From Dehalococcoidia bacterium (GTDB taxonomy: Bacteria > Chloroflexota > Dehalococcoidia > Bin125): a stretch of DNA of 64,000 nt. Position numbers and translations under genes: made by a program. Shown piece by piece: positions 1 to 11,631 of the stretch. The notes beneath the pieces are model-generated. The model had not been told where the DNA came from. It saw only the letters and a program-made list of their open reading frames with translations, and did not search any database. The stretch is taken from positions 672,001 to 736,000 of the forward strand of contig CAXXRD010000002.1 in NCBI GenBank assembly GCA_963663895.2. Reading direction: 5' to 3'. Position 1 is the stretch's first letter; each line of letters opens with the position of its first letter.

Positions 1-1377
<1,377 letters not shown>

Positions 1378-1399
1378 GCAGCGGTACAGGGAGACGAAC

Positions 1400-2611
1400 A
1401 TGCCGACCAGCTTCCAAGCCGCCTCATCCTTACTGCTGACGTCGGAGTCGGTGACCGAGGGCCACCCGGATAAGATCTGCGACCAGATCTCGGACGCGGT
1501 GTTGGACGCCTGCCTGGCGGCCGACCGGAAGTCGCGGGTGGCTTGCGAGGCGGCGGTGGCGCGGGATCTGGTGGTGGTGTTCGGCGAGATCACGACCCAA
1601 GCGCAGCTCGACGTCGAAGCGATCGTGCGGAGCGTGATCGAAGAGATCGGCTACACCGACTCGACGATCGGCTTCGACGCCCACAGCTGCCGTATCAACA
1701 TCGCCCTGGGACAGCAGTCGCCGGACATCAAGGAAAGCGTGGACCGGTCGCTGGAGCTACGCGAAGCGGAAGCAAGCACGGACCGATTCGACCTGCAGGG
1801 CGCGGGCGACCAAGGCATGATGATCGGCTTCGCCTGCCGCGAGACGCCGGAGTTCATGCCGCTCACGATCTCGCTCGCGCACCGGCTCACACGGCGGCTC
1901 GCGGCGGTGCGCCACAGCGGCGCACTGCCATACCTCCGTCCAGACGGCAAAGCCCAAGTGACGGTGGAGTACGCATACGGCGCGCCCAAGCGGGTGGCGG
2001 CGGTCGTCGTCTCGACGCAGCACGCGGACGATGTCGAGTCCGAGCAGGTCCGCGCGGACGTCCAGCGGCACGTGATCGAGGCAGTGATCCCGGCAGACCT
2101 GCTGGATGAGAAAACGGCGCGGTACATCAACCCGTCGGGGCGCTTCGTGATAGGGGGGCCAACGGGAGACGCGGGCCTCACCGGACGCAAGATCATCGTC
2201 GACACCTACGGCGGGGTGGCCCGGCACGGCGGCGGGGCCTTCTCCGGCAAGGATCCGTCGAAGGTGGACCGATCCGGGGCTTACGCGGCGCGGTGGGTGG
2301 CGAAGTGCATCGTGGCTGCAGGCTTGGCGGAGCGAGTGGAAGTGCAGCTGTCCTACGCGATCGGCGTCGCGAGGCCCATCTCCGTTTCCGTCGAGACGTT
2401 CGGGACGGCGGCGATCGAAGAGGAGCGTCTGAGCGCCTTCGTCCAAGAGCTCTTCGATCTGCGCCCGGCCGCGATCGTGGAATCGCTCGGGTTGCTACGA
2501 CCGATCTACCGCCCAACGGCAACGTACGGCCACTTCGGTCGGGACGATCTGGAACTGCCGTGGGAGCAGACACCGCAGGCCGAGACGCTGCGGAGAGCGG
2601 CAGGCCGGTAG
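1400..2611 (+). CDS. metK: S-adenosylmethionine synthetase
   Basis: [47 protein letters not shown]. Confidence 0.98.
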   Translation: MPTSFQAASSLLLTSESVTEGHPDKICDQISDAVLDACLAADRKSRVACEAAVARDLVVVFGEITTQAQLDVEAIVRSVIEEIGYTDSTIGFDAHSCRINIALGQQSPDIKESVDRSLELREAEASTDRFDLQGAGDQGMMIGFACRETPEFMPLTISLAHRLTRRLAAVRHSGALPYLRPDGKAQVTVEYAYGAPKRVAAVVVSTQHADDVESEQVRADVQRHVIEAVIPADLLDEKTARYINPSGRFVIGGPTGDAGLTGRKIIVDTYGGVARHGGGAFSGKDPSKVDRSGAYAARWVAKCIVAAGLAERVEVQLSYAIGVARPISVSVETFGTAAIEEERLSAFVQELFDLRPAAIVESLGLLRPIYRPTATYGHFGRDDLELPWEQTPQAETLRRAAGR

Positions 2612-2631
2612 CCCCCCGCCCGCGGCGATCC

Positions 2632-3042
2632 CTAGCGCTTGGTGTACTGCGGTGCCTTGCGGGCGCGCTTGAGCCCGTACTTTTTGCGCTCTTTCACGCG
2701 CGCATCACGCGTGAGCAGCCCGGCGCGCTTCAGCGCGGGACGGTAGGTAGGACCCGCGCTGATGAGCGCGCGGGCGATCCCGTGCTGAATGGCGCCGGCC
2801 CAGCCCGAGACGCCGCCCCCCGTGCACTTGATCTGCGCGCTGAACTTCCCATGCGTGCCGGTCACGGTGAAGGGCTTGTCCAAGAGCTTGCGATGGCGCT
2901 CACGCGTGAAAAGCTCTTCCGCCGGCTTGCCGTTAACGACCAGAGCACCTTGACCCGGGTATAGCCGTACGCGCGCGATGGCGCTCTTGCGGCGGCCGGT
3001 GCCGTAGTAGTAGGTCGGACCACCGGTGGATGTTGTGATCAT
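2632..3042 (-). CDS. rpsI: 30S ribosomal protein S9
   Basis: GTGRRKSAIARV, LLTRDARVKERKKYG, C-terminal QYTKR. Confidence 0.97.
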   Translation of the reverse strand: MITTSTGGPTYYYGTGRRKSAIARVRLYPGQGALVVNGKPAEELFTRERHRKLLDKPFTVTGTHGKFSAQIKCTGGGVSGWAGAIQHGIARALISAGPTYRPALKRAGLLTRDARVKERKKYGLKRARKAPQYTKR

Positions 3043-3500
3043 GCCGTGTCTCCCGAGGCCTGGGTCGGACTACCGGTCTGAGGCGCCGCGGCGACCTGAC
3101 CTCCATGCGGATGATCGGCGCCGCGATAGACACGCAGGTGGGTGAACTGTTTACGCCCGAGCCGCGACTTCGGAAGCATACCGCGTACGGCTTTCTCGAT
3201 CACGCGCTCGGGCCGCGATGCGAGCAGTTGGCCGAGGCTGACCCGATGGAGGCCGCCGGGATAGCCCGAGTGCGAATGATACAGCTTGCTCTCGCGCTTC
3301 CGCCCCGTCACCTCGACACGATCCGCGTTGATCACCACCACGTAGTCGCCGATATCCGCAAAGGGCGAGAAGGTGGGTTTGTGCTTACCGCGCAGGAGCG
3401 TCGCCACCTCGGTGGCGACGCGGCCGAGCGGACGGCCCGCAGCGTCGATCACGTGCCAGCGGCGCTCGACATCAGTCTGCCGTCCAACGAACGTCTTCAT
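3039..3500 (-). CDS. rplM: 50S ribosomal protein L13
   Basis: WHVIDA..LGR, LRGKHKPTF, HSGYPGG; start refined to MKTF (3500). Confidence 0.96.
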   Translation of the reverse strand: MKTFVGRQTDVERRWHVIDAAGRPLGRVATEVATLLRGKHKPTFSPFADIGDYVVVINADRVEVTGRKRESKLYHSHSGYPGGLHRVSLGQLLASRPERVIEKAVRGMLPKSRLGRKQFTHLRVYRGADHPHGGQVAAAPQTGSPTQASGDTA

Positions 3501-4290
3501 TCTCTTCCCATCCCGCAAACGTCTCCCAGCCTTGCAAGGCCGCCAACTCGTAGCGAACCCGCACAAGATACAACCCCTGGGGCGGCGCCACAGGCCCGGC
3601 GGCACCGGCGCGGGGTCGCGCGAGCAACTCCTCAACGATGTCGGGACCAGCACTTCCCCGACCGACGGCTATCACCTGCCCAACCACATGCCGCACCTGG
3701 TGGGGCAGGAAACTCGGAGCTTGAAACCTGAACTCCAGCCCGTTAACGGTGGCGCGAAGGCAAGCTTTCTGCAAGGTGCGGACTGTGCCAGCGCCATCAG
3801 TGCGCCCGGCAAAGGCCGCAAAATCATGCGTGCCTTCGAGGGTCGTGAGGGCGCGGCGCATGGCATCGAGATCGAATGGCCCCGAGAGAACCCAAGCAGC
3901 ACGCTCCCAAAGCGGCTGCCGTTGGGCGGCCAGACGCACCCGGTAGTGATAGGTGCGGTCGAGGGCGGCGCGGCGTGGATCGAAGTCCGCAGGGACCTCC
4001 CGCGCTGCTTGGACCGCGACATCGGCGGACAGGAAATGATTCAGGCCGCGGACCCAGCGGGCAGTAGGAATGTTTGCGGCGCTGGTGAACGCGGCGACCT
4101 GCCCGAGCGCGTGCACGCCGGCATCCGTGCGCCCGGCGAAGTCGCAGCGGCTGCGCGCGCCCGTCAGCGCGGCGACCGCCTCCTCAAGCGCTTCCTGAAC
4201 GGAGGGTCTGTCGGCCTGGCGCTGCGAGCCGGCGAAGCCGCCTCCCTGATACTGGAGCAAGAGCGCGATCCGCCGGGCCACGCCGGCCAC
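3472..4290 (-). CDS. truA: tRNA pseudouridine(38-40) synthase
   Basis: AGRTDAGVHALGQV, GTHDFAAF, APPQGLYL; usual position between rplQ and rplM. Confidence 0.95.
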   Translation of the reverse strand: MAGVARRIALLLQYQGGGFAGSQRQADRPSVQEALEEAVAALTGARSRCDFAGRTDAGVHALGQVAAFTSAANIPTARWVRGLNHFLSADVAVQAAREVPADFDPRRAALDRTYHYRVRLAAQRQPLWERAAWVLSGPFDLDAMRRALTTLEGTHDFAAFAGRTDGAGTVRTLQKACLRATVNGLEFRFQAPSFLPHQVRHVVGQVIAVGRGSAGPDIVEELLARPRAGAAGPVAPPQGLYLVRVRYELAALQGWETFAGWEENEDVRWTAD

Positions 4291-4296
4291 GGCAAG

Positions 4297-4917
4297 TTAG
4301 ACCTTCTCGTCGGCAGGAGCCTCGGCCGGATCTTCGGCGGCGGGAGCATCGTCTTCGGTGGAGGGCGGGGGCGCAGCAGTCTCCTCCAACTCGGCAGCGC
4401 CGGCCCCGTCCTCCTCGTCCGAGGACTGCTCGTCCACCGGCTCAGGCACAACATCAGCGTCGTCCGCCGGGGCGGGAGGAGAGACCGTACTGTCGCGGCT
4501 GGGTTCCGGCGCCGAGTCGGCGACTGCCGTTTCAGCTTCAGCAGGCTGATCGTCGAGCCCGATCTCCGCCACAAGCTCAATCTGCGCCATCTCGGCGCCG
4601 TCTCCGAGACGAGGGCCGAGCTTGGTAATGCGCGTGTAGCCGCCACGACGCTCCCGGTACGTCGGTCCGAGCGTCTCGAACAGATGGCGAAGAACGCGAC
4701 GGTCCGTCATGAGCGCGCCGGCCTGGCGACGGGCGTGGAGGTCGCCGCGTTTCCCCAGCGTAATCGCGCGCTCGGCCGCCGAGCGGAGCTCCTTAGCCTT
4801 GGCCTCCGTGGTGACCAGGCGCCCGTAGCGGATTAGGTCGGTCACCTGATTCCGTGTCAGCGCTCTCCGATGCGAGGCGGTACGGCCGAGGGCGCGGCCG
4901 GACTTGCGGTGTCGCAT
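4297..4917 (-). CDS. rplQ: 50S ribosomal protein L17 with long acidic C-terminal tail
   Basis: [33 protein letters not shown]. Confidence 0.97.
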   Translation of the reverse strand: MRHRKSGRALGRTASHRRALTRNQVTDLIRYGRLVTTEAKAKELRSAAERAITLGKRGDLHARRQAGALMTDRRVLRHLFETLGPTYRERRGGYTRITKLGPRLGDGAEMAQIELVAEIGLDDQPAEAETAVADSAPEPSRDSTVSPPAPADDADVVPEPVDEQSSDEEDGAGAAELEETAAPPPSTEDDAPAAEDPAEAPADEKV

Positions 4918-4948
4918 CGAAGGCTCCTACCTCTCCCGTGGCGGGCGG

Positions 4949-6067
4949 CTAGTTGTTGGAGATGGACTCGGCGTCCTGGCCAGCCTCGCGCAGCGCATCC
5001 AACAAGGCGGTGCCGAGAGAGCTGATCTCCTCATTCTCCTCGTCCTCGCTTTCCTCAAAGGAGGACACATGGTCCAACGAGAAGTAGGAATCGAGGGGAG
5101 TGCCGGCGATCTCGGGCCGCCGGCCCCGGGGATCGTCTTCCGACACAAAGCCGAGTTCGCGCAGGCGATCCATCAACTCGTAGAACGATTTATCGCCGAA
5201 GTTGCGGAGAGCGAGCAGCTCTTCGTCGCTCTTCTCCAGGATCTCGCCCACCGTCATGAGGCCGCTGCGCTTGAGGCAGTTGTAGGTGCGCACGGAAAGG
5301 CTCAGATCTTCGATCGAGGTGTTGTAGCGCTCGGGTGGCAGGCCCAGCGTGTCGGCGACGACACTCTCGACGCTGCGAGGCGGCGCACCGAGGTGCACGA
5401 ACAGGCTCATCTCACGCTGGAGGATCTCAGCGGCCCGGCGTATCGCGTCCGTGCCGCTGAGCGTGCCGTCCGTCCAGACTTCGAGAAGCAGGCGGTCAAA
5501 GTCACTCTGCTGGCCGACGCGCGTAGGCTGGACGATGTAATTGACCTTGGATACCGGGGTGAAAATCGCATCCAGGGGGATGACGCCAATGGGGAGGCCG
5601 TCGCTCTCGACGGCGGGCACGTAGCCCGTGCCTTGCGCGATGTCGAACGTGGCCGTCAGCACCGCGTCCGGGGCGTCCAGCGTGGCGAGGTAGTGATCCG
5701 GGTTCACGATCTCGTAATCGCCCGGGACCTCGAGATCGCCGGCGGTCACCGTGCGTTCGCCGGAGACATCCAGGAAAAGCTTGGCCGGGCGGTCCGAGAG
5801 GGCGCGCAGGCGGATACCGCGGATATTGAGGAGGAGCTCGGTGGTGTCCTCCTTCATATGGGCGATGGTCGAGAACTCGTGCTGCACTTGGTCGATGCGG
5901 ACGGATACGATGGCGGCGCCGGGAAGCGAGCTCAGGAGAACGCGCCGCAGTGCGTTGCCAAGCGTGGTGCCGAAGCCACGGGAAAAGGGCTCAGCGACGA
6001 CGCGCGCATACGTGTCGCTCGATTCCTCGATCTCAAGGCGCGGGAGCTCTTGCTCCGAAATCACCAC
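4949..6067 (-). CDS. rpoA: RNA polymerase subunit alpha with C-terminal extension
   Basis: GFGTTLGNALRRVLLSS, HEFSTI, alpha-CTD LSVRTYNCLKR and NFG.KS. Confidence 0.98.
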   Translation of the reverse strand: MVISEQELPRLEIEESSDTYARVVAEPFSRGFGTTLGNALRRVLLSSLPGAAIVSVRIDQVQHEFSTIAHMKEDTTELLLNIRGIRLRALSDRPAKLFLDVSGERTVTAGDLEVPGDYEIVNPDHYLATLDAPDAVLTATFDIAQGTGYVPAVESDGLPIGVIPLDAIFTPVSKVNYIVQPTRVGQQSDFDRLLLEVWTDGTLSGTDAIRRAAEILQREMSLFVHLGAPPRSVESVVADTLGLPPERYNTSIEDLSLSVRTYNCLKRSGLMTVGEILEKSDEELLALRNFGDKSFYELMDRLRELGFVSEDDPRGRRPEIAGTPLDSYFSLDHVSSFEESEDEENEEISSLGTALLDALREAGQDAESISNN

Positions 6068-6088
6068 CAGGTGGCTCCTCTCAATAGG

Positions 6089-6715
6089 CTAGCGGGAGTA
6101 AAACTCGACCACGGCGCTGTCGTTGAAGCGCGCGTCGATCTCGTCGGGACCGGGCAAGGCGACGACCTGGCCTTCCAGCGCCGCCGGATCGACGGCAAGC
6201 CAAGCAGGGACCTCGCGCCCGCCCTGCCATTCTTTGACCATCGTGAAGAAGGCCGTCTTGCGGGCTCGCTCCGTCCACCCAACACGGTCACCAAGCTTGA
6301 GCTCCGCCGACGGGACGTTGGTGATCTGTCCGTTGACGGTGATGTGGCGGTGCCGAACCAGTTGGCGGGCTTGCGCGCGCGACTCGGCGAAGCCGAGCCG
6401 GTAGACGACGTTGTCGAGTCGCTGCTCCAAGAGCTGCATGAGGTTCTCGCCGGTGACGCCGGAGCGGCGCGAGGCTTCCTGATAGAGGCGGCGGAACTGA
6501 CGCTCGAGGACGCCGTAGGTCTGGCGAGCCTTCTGCTTCTCACGCAACTGGAGGCCGCGGTCGGAGACCTTGCGGCGGCGGGGAGAGCGTTGCCCCGGCG
6601 GGTTTGGCCGCCGCTCGATGGCGCACTTGGGTGTAAAGCAGCGGTCGCCCTTGAGGAACAGCTTCTCTCCGTTCCGGCGACAGAGGCGACAAACGGGACC
6701 GTTGTAGCGTGCCAT
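6089..6715 (-). CDS. rpsD: 30S ribosomal protein S4 (Zn-binding C+ type)
   Basis: CRLCRR..LFLKGDRC...KC, LREKQK, RLDNVVYRLG, VEFYSR. Confidence 0.98.
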   Translation of the reverse strand: MARYNGPVCRLCRRNGEKLFLKGDRCFTPKCAIERRPNPPGQRSPRRRKVSDRGLQLREKQKARQTYGVLERQFRRLYQEASRRSGVTGENLMQLLEQRLDNVVYRLGFAESRAQARQLVRHRHITVNGQITNVPSAELKLGDRVGWTERARKTAFFTMVKEWQGGREVPAWLAVDPAALEGQVVALPGPDEIDARFNDSAVVEFYSR

Positions 6716-6718
6716 CGC

Positions 6719-7111
6719 TTAGACGCGCCGACGCTTGGGCGGCCGGCAGCCGTTGTGCGGGATGGGGGTGCGGTCCCGAATCGTGGTCAGCGAAAGGCCA
6801 GCCGCCTGCAGCGCGCGCACCGCGGCCTCACGACCGCTGCCCGGCCCCTTCACATAGACATCGACTTCCCGCATGCCATGCTCCATCGCCTTGCGCGCCG
6901 CCGCTTCTGCGGCGAGCTGGGCGGCGTAGGGGGTGCTCTTACGCGACCCTTTCGTACCGGTACTGCCTGCGCTGCCCCACGCGAGCGCGTTGCCTTGCGG
7001 GTCCGTCAAGGTAATCAAGGTGTTGTTGAAGGTCGATTGAATGTAGGCGCGCCCCCGTGGCACGTTCTTGCGCTCACGCCGCCGACTCCGCTTGGCCTTG
7101 CGATCTGCCAT
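6719..7111 (-). CDS. rpsK: 30S ribosomal protein S11
   Basis: [27 protein letters not shown]. Confidence 0.98.
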   Translation of the reverse strand: MADRKAKRSRRRERKNVPRGRAYIQSTFNNTLITLTDPQGNALAWGSAGSTGTKGSRKSTPYAAQLAAEAAARKAMEHGMREVDVYVKGPGSGREAAVRALQAAGLSLTTIRDRTPIPHNGCRPPKRRRV

Positions 7112-7120
7112 TCTCGAACC

Positions 7121-7501
7121 CTACTTCTTGATGGCCCTGCGGCGACCGGCGACGGTCTTGCGAGAGCCGCGACGCGTGCGAGCGTTGGTCCTCGTCCGCT
7201 GACCACGCGCGGGGAGATTCCGGCGGTGGCGCTGGCCACGATAGCAATTAATGTCGATGAGCCGCTGTACATTCTGCCGGACTTCGCGCCGTAGATCACC
7301 CTCGACCAGGTAATCCCGGTCGATCACTTCGCGGATGCGGGTTAGCTCCGCGTCGCTGAGGTCGCGGACACGAGCATCCGGATTGATGCGCGTCTTGTCC
7401 ATGATCGCCCGGGCGCGCGTCGCTCCGATGCCGTGGATGTACCGCAACGCGAACGGAACGCGCTTGTTGTCGGGAATGTCGACGCCAGAGATGCGGGCCA
7501 T
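7121..7501 (-). CDS. rpsM: 30S ribosomal protein S13
   Basis: [29 protein letters not shown]. Confidence 0.98.
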   Translation of the reverse strand: MARISGVDIPDNKRVPFALRYIHGIGATRARAIMDKTRINPDARVRDLSDAELTRIREVIDRDYLVEGDLRREVRQNVQRLIDINCYRGQRHRRNLPARGQRTRTNARTRRGSRKTVAGRRRAIKK

Positions 7502-7519
7502 GCGATCGGACTCCCCAGC

Positions 7520-7792
7520 CTAGCTCTTGAAGCGGTACGTCACGCGGCCGCGCGTGAGATCGTACTCGCTGAGTTCCACCAGGACACGGTCGCCGGGCAG
7601 GATCCGAATGAAGTACATGCGGATCTTGCCGGACACATGAGCGAGGACCTCATGGCCATTCGCCAACTCGACGCGGAACATCGCGTTCGGCAAGGCCTCG
7701 CGCACCACGCCCTCAACCTCGATCTTCTCGGCCTGAGGCGTAGGCGCACCGCGGGCCTGGGATGACTTGCGCGAAGCGGAGGATCGTGCCAT
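7520..7792 (-). CDS. infA: translation initiation factor IF-1 with short basic N-terminal extension
   Basis: [34 protein letters not shown]; start refined to ATG 7792. Confidence 0.95.
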   Translation of the reverse strand: MARSSASRKSSQARGAPTPQAEKIEVEGVVREALPNAMFRVELANGHEVLAHVSGKIRMYFIRILPGDRVLVELSEYDLTRGRVTYRFKS

Positions 7793-7814
7793 GAGTCCTG
7801 CGCCCTCAGTGCCA

Positions 7815-8585
7815 CTAGCCGGGCAAGGTGAGCACTTCGGCTTCACCCCGCCCAAGCGCAATCGTGTGCTCGAAGTGAGCGGAAAGGCAACCATCTTGGG
7901 TGGAGACGGTCCAGCCATCGTCGTGGACAAACGTCTCCGGCCGACCGATCGTGACCATGGGCTCCAACGCGATCACCATGCCGCTGCGCATCCGCATGCC
8001 GGTGCCAGCTTTGCCGTAATTCGGCATCTGCGGTGGTTCATGCATCTCCCGGCCCACTCCATGCCCCACATAGTTCCGTACTAAGCCGTAGCCCGCGGCT
8101 TCGATCACTTGCTGGATGGCTGCCCCGATATCGCCCTTACGTACCCCGTCGCGCGCGGCGTGGATGCCCGCCCAGAGAGCGTTGCGGGTGACATCAATGA
8201 GGCGTTGGGCTTCATCGGAGATGAAACCGCATCCCACCGTGATGGCGGAATCCCCTACGAACCCTTCTACTGTAGCGCCCAAGTCGATGGAGACAATATC
8301 GCCCTCCTGAAGGATACGGGAACTGGGAATGCCGTGGACCAGCTGTTCGTTGATGGAGACACAGACCACGTCCGGGAAACCCTGATAGCCCTTGAAGGTC
8401 GGGACGACGCCGAGGCGCTCGTACTTCCGTTCGACGTAGGTGTTGAGGTCTCGTACGTCGACGCCCGGCCGGACTTGCTCCGCGAGCTCTTGGAGCGTCT
8501 CCCCCACGACCCGGCCGGCTTTCCGCATGATCGCGATCTCGTCCACGCTTTTCAGAATGACTTGGTGGCTGGAGTCCATCGTCAT
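7815..8585 (-). CDS. map: methionine aminopeptidase type I
   Basis: HGIP, GDIVSID.G, GHGVG..MHE.P, ALEPM, SAHFEHT; ATGA overlap with adk. Confidence 0.96.
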   Translation of the reverse strand: MTMDSSHQVILKSVDEIAIMRKAGRVVGETLQELAEQVRPGVDVRDLNTYVERKYERLGVVPTFKGYQGFPDVVCVSINEQLVHGIPSSRILQEGDIVSIDLGATVEGFVGDSAITVGCGFISDEAQRLIDVTRNALWAGIHAARDGVRKGDIGAAIQQVIEAAGYGLVRNYVGHGVGREMHEPPQMPNYGKAGTGMRMRSGMVIALEPMVTIGRPETFVHDDGWTVSTQDGCLSAHFEHTIALGRGEAEVLTLPG

Positions 8586-9235
8586 GCGGAAACGGCCTCC
8601 AAGACCCGGAGAAGGTCCGCCTGGACCACCTCCGGCTCGCGCGCACCGTCGACACGGGTAAGAATGCCGGCCGCCTCGTAAAAGGCCACGAGTGGCTCGG
8701 TCTGCTGGCGGTATACCCGTAGACGATTCTCGATCGCGGCAGGTGTGTCGTCCGAACGCTGCATCAGCGGCTTGCCGCAATGCTGGCAGATCCCGTCGCG
8801 CTCCGGGGGGTTGGTGCGCTCATGGAAGATCATGCCACAGCCCGAGCAGGTCCGGCGCCCGCCGAGCCGGCGCAACACTTCCGCGTCGGCGACCTCGATC
8901 AGAACGGCGACCCCGACCCCCTTGCCTCGCGCGTGGAGTGCGCGGTCGAGCGCCTGTGCTTGGGAGATCGTCCGGGGGAAGCCGTCGAGGACGGATCCCG
9001 CTGCGGCATCGGGTTGGTCGAGGCGATCCATGAGCAGTCCGATCGTTAGCTGGTCCGGGACGAGCTCTCCCTTGGTGAGATAGCTTTCGACGCGCTGGCC
9101 GAGCGTGGTCCGAGCGCGGATGTTGTCGCGGAACATGTCCCCCGTCGCGACATGCGCGAGCCGAGCGGCTTGCGCGATCCGCATCGCCTGGGTCCCCTTG
9201 CCCGCGCCCGGGGGACCAAACAGCACTACGTACAT
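8582..9235 (-). CDS. adk: adenylate kinase (Zn-lid type)
   Basis: GPPGAGKGTQA, LDGFPRT, lid CxxC...CxxC, QRSDD. Confidence 0.97.
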   Translation of the reverse strand: MYVVLFGPPGAGKGTQAMRIAQAARLAHVATGDMFRDNIRARTTLGQRVESYLTKGELVPDQLTIGLLMDRLDQPDAAAGSVLDGFPRTISQAQALDRALHARGKGVGVAVLIEVADAEVLRRLGGRRTCSGCGMIFHERTNPPERDGICQHCGKPLMQRSDDTPAAIENRLRVYRQQTEPLVAFYEAAGILTRVDGAREPEVVQADLLRVLEAVSA

Positions 9236-9252
9236 GACAGGCCGTGCATCGC

Positions 9253-10986
9253 TTAGCGGATGAACCCTTCGTAGTTGCGCATGAGCAGCTGCGCCTCGAT
9301 CTGCTTCATCGTGTCGAGGGCGACCCCGACCACGATGAGAAGCCCCACGCTGGAGATCGTGAGCGCCTGACTATCGGGAATGAATTCCGTCGCCAAGAAG
9401 GGAACGATCGCGACGAAACCCAAGAACAGGGCACCCGCCCACGTGATCCGGAACAGCACGCGATTGATGTAGTCCTGCGTAGGCCGTCCGGGGCGAATGC
9501 CGGGAATGAAGCCGCCCTGCTTCTGCAGATTCTCGGCGAGATTCTGCTGCTGGAAGGTGATCAGCGTATAGAAAAACGTGAAGGCGACGACGAGCACGAA
9601 GACGAGGGCCCAGTAGAGCGGACGTCCGGGGGAGAAGTTGATCTGCACCCAATCCGCCGCCCGTCCGATCGCGGACAGCCGTTCGCCCGCGGTTTGCCCC
9701 TCGACGATGTCCGGCGTGAACAGATCGTCCGCGCCCTCGCGGTGGGTCGGGATATCGCTGAGCCGGACCAGGTTGCCCGCCAGATCTTCGATCTCGATGA
9801 GGTCGGAGCCCGTCGCGTTACTCTCGATATTCCACGTCGCCCTTCCGGAGATCGGGTCCGTCTCGATGAAGGTCAGCACGTTGGCGTCGGCGTCCTGATT
9901 GATCTCCTCGACGATCTCGTCAAAGGTATCGTCCGCCGCGACCCAATCGAACTCTCCGTCGTTGACACGGAAGCGGCCCTCCGCCTCGATCGCGGCGAAG
10001 GTCTGCGTGAGCGGGAACTCGGCGTCCTCTTCGGGAAAAGGAAGCTCCTGTCGCACCTGGGTATTGCTCTCGGCGGCCGCGCCGACCACGTAGCCGGCGA
10101 CCACCGACGGGAAAATGATGATGGAGAAGGCGAAGATCAAGGGAATCATCCCCGCGCTGTTGACGCGCAGCGGAATGTGACTCTGCCCGCTTTGGCGGTA
10201 CATACGCCCGCCGCGAAAAACGCTGCGCGCGTACTGCACGGGGATGCGCCGCTGCGCCTCTTGGAAGAAGACGATCAGGGCGACAAGGATGAGCGCGATA
10301 ATGATCACGATGGCGATGCCGCCGAAGCCCGTATCGCTCTGACGGATCGAATTGAAGATCGCCGGGAAGCCCGCCACGATCCCGCCGAAGATGATGAGCG
10401 ACAGGCCGTTGCCGACGCCCTTTTCGGTAATGAGCTCGCCAAGCCACACCAAGAACATCGTGCCCGCCGCCATGGAGATCACGGCCGCCAAGGTGGGCAG
10501 GGCGGCGGAGCCGCTGAAGCTGATCCCCTCGATCGCGTTGACGTTGTCCAACAGCAATAGCTGCCCGTAACCCTGGATCAACGCCATCGGCAACGCGATC
10601 CAGTAGGTATAGAGCTGGATCCGATTGCGCCCTTGCTCGCCCTCCTTGGACAGGTTCTGGAGCTTGGGGATCATCGGCGTGAGGAGCTGCATCACAATCG
10701 AGGATGTGATGTAGGGGTACACGCCCAAGGCGACGATGCTCAGGTTCTCGAGCCCCCCGCCGCTAAAGAGATTGAGAAAGCCGAGGACCGGGTTGTTGTC
10801 GAGCGCGCTGTCGAGCTGGGCAGCGCGCACGCCGGGCAGCGGGATATGCGCGGTGAAGCGGAAGACCGTCAGCATCGCAAGGGTGAAGAGCACCTTCTTG
10901 CGGACGTCTGGCTGCCGCCAAGCGTCGATCATGGCCTGCAGCAGGCGGGGTCTAGTCGGCGCTGCTGCCGTCTGTGCTCTCTGCAT
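9253..10986 (-). CDS. secY: preprotein translocase SecY carrying a ~130-aa extracytoplasmic insertion
   Basis: LGVYPYITSSI, GELITEKGVGNGLSLIIF, NSAGMIPLIFA, GGFIPGIRPG, YEGF; ATG 10986 with GAGGG SD. Confidence 0.97.
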   Translation of the reverse strand: MQRAQTAAAPTRPRLLQAMIDAWRQPDVRKKVLFTLAMLTVFRFTAHIPLPGVRAAQLDSALDNNPVLGFLNLFSGGGLENLSIVALGVYPYITSSIVMQLLTPMIPKLQNLSKEGEQGRNRIQLYTYWIALPMALIQGYGQLLLLDNVNAIEGISFSGSAALPTLAAVISMAAGTMFLVWLGELITEKGVGNGLSLIIFGGIVAGFPAIFNSIRQSDTGFGGIAIVIIIALILVALIVFFQEAQRRIPVQYARSVFRGGRMYRQSGQSHIPLRVNSAGMIPLIFAFSIIIFPSVVAGYVVGAAAESNTQVRQELPFPEEDAEFPLTQTFAAIEAEGRFRVNDGEFDWVAADDTFDEIVEEINQDADANVLTFIETDPISGRATWNIESNATGSDLIEIEDLAGNLVRLSDIPTHREGADDLFTPDIVEGQTAGERLSAIGRAADWVQINFSPGRPLYWALVFVLVVAFTFFYTLITFQQQNLAENLQKQGGFIPGIRPGRPTQDYINRVLFRITWAGALFLGFVAIVPFLATEFIPDSQALTISSVGLLIVVGVALDTMKQIEAQLLMRNYEGFIR

Positions 10987-11437
10987 CCGGTCCCTCAACG
11001 CGACCGCCGGCGGCCTCAATCTTGGCGCGCGCGGCCGGGGAGACGCGCGCGGCGCAGACAACGAGCGGCCACTCCAGTTTCCCGGAGCCGAGAATCTTGA
11101 ACGGCTCGCGCGGATGCTTGAGCAGGCCCGCCGCGACGAGGGCTTCCGCGTCGACGTGGGCGTCGGCGGCGAATTTCGCGTTCAGGCGAAAGAGGTTGAT
11201 GGGTGTAACCTCCACGCGCGCGGGCGGCGTGAACCCACGCTTGCGCGCCATGCGCCGGATGAGCGGCAACTGCCCTCCTTCGAAACCCGGACGGGTGTTG
11301 CCACCCGCGCGGGATTTCTGCCCCTTGAGGCCGCGGCCTGAGTAGGTGCCGCCGCCGGCCGCATTACCGCGCCCGACACGCTTCCGCGGCCGCTTCGCGC
11401 CCGGCGGTGGGTGGAGGTCGTGCTGGCGAAGCGGCAT
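10952..11437 (-). CDS. rplO: 50S ribosomal protein L15
   Basis: RVGRG, GRGLKGQKSR, GFEGGQLPL. Confidence 0.97.
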   Translation of the reverse strand: MPLRQHDLHPPPGAKRPRKRVGRGNAAGGGTYSGRGLKGQKSRAGGNTRPGFEGGQLPLIRRMARKRGFTPPARVEVTPINLFRLNAKFAADAHVDAEALVAAGLLKHPREPFKILGSGKLEWPLVVCAARVSPAARAKIEAAGGRVEGPDAESTDGSSAD

Positions 11438-11631
11438 CAGTCTCCTTCGACTTCCTTCACCTCGACCAGGTGCCGCACTTTGTGCAGCATCCCCCGCACG
11501 TCCGGCGTATTCGGCCGCTCGACGGTCTGGCCGAGCCGCCGCAGGCCGAGGGAGCGGATCGTATGTCCTTGGTCAGCCCGGTAGCCGATGGCGCTCTTGA
11601 CGTACTTGATGCGCAAGCTGGCCATCGGCAT
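11437..11631 (-). CDS. rpmD: 50S ribosomal protein L30
   Basis: KSAIG, LGLRR, RGML.KV.HLV; position in the spc operon. Confidence 0.95.
   Translation of the reverse strand: MPMASLRIKYVKSAIGYRADQGHTIRSLGLRRLGQTVERPNTPDVRGMLHKVRHLVEVKEVEGD

Noticed and set aside
9682-10080. SecY insert as an intein or intron
   Set aside because: No Cys/Ser start or His-Asn end, the frame is open throughout, and the location is an extracytoplasmic loop.
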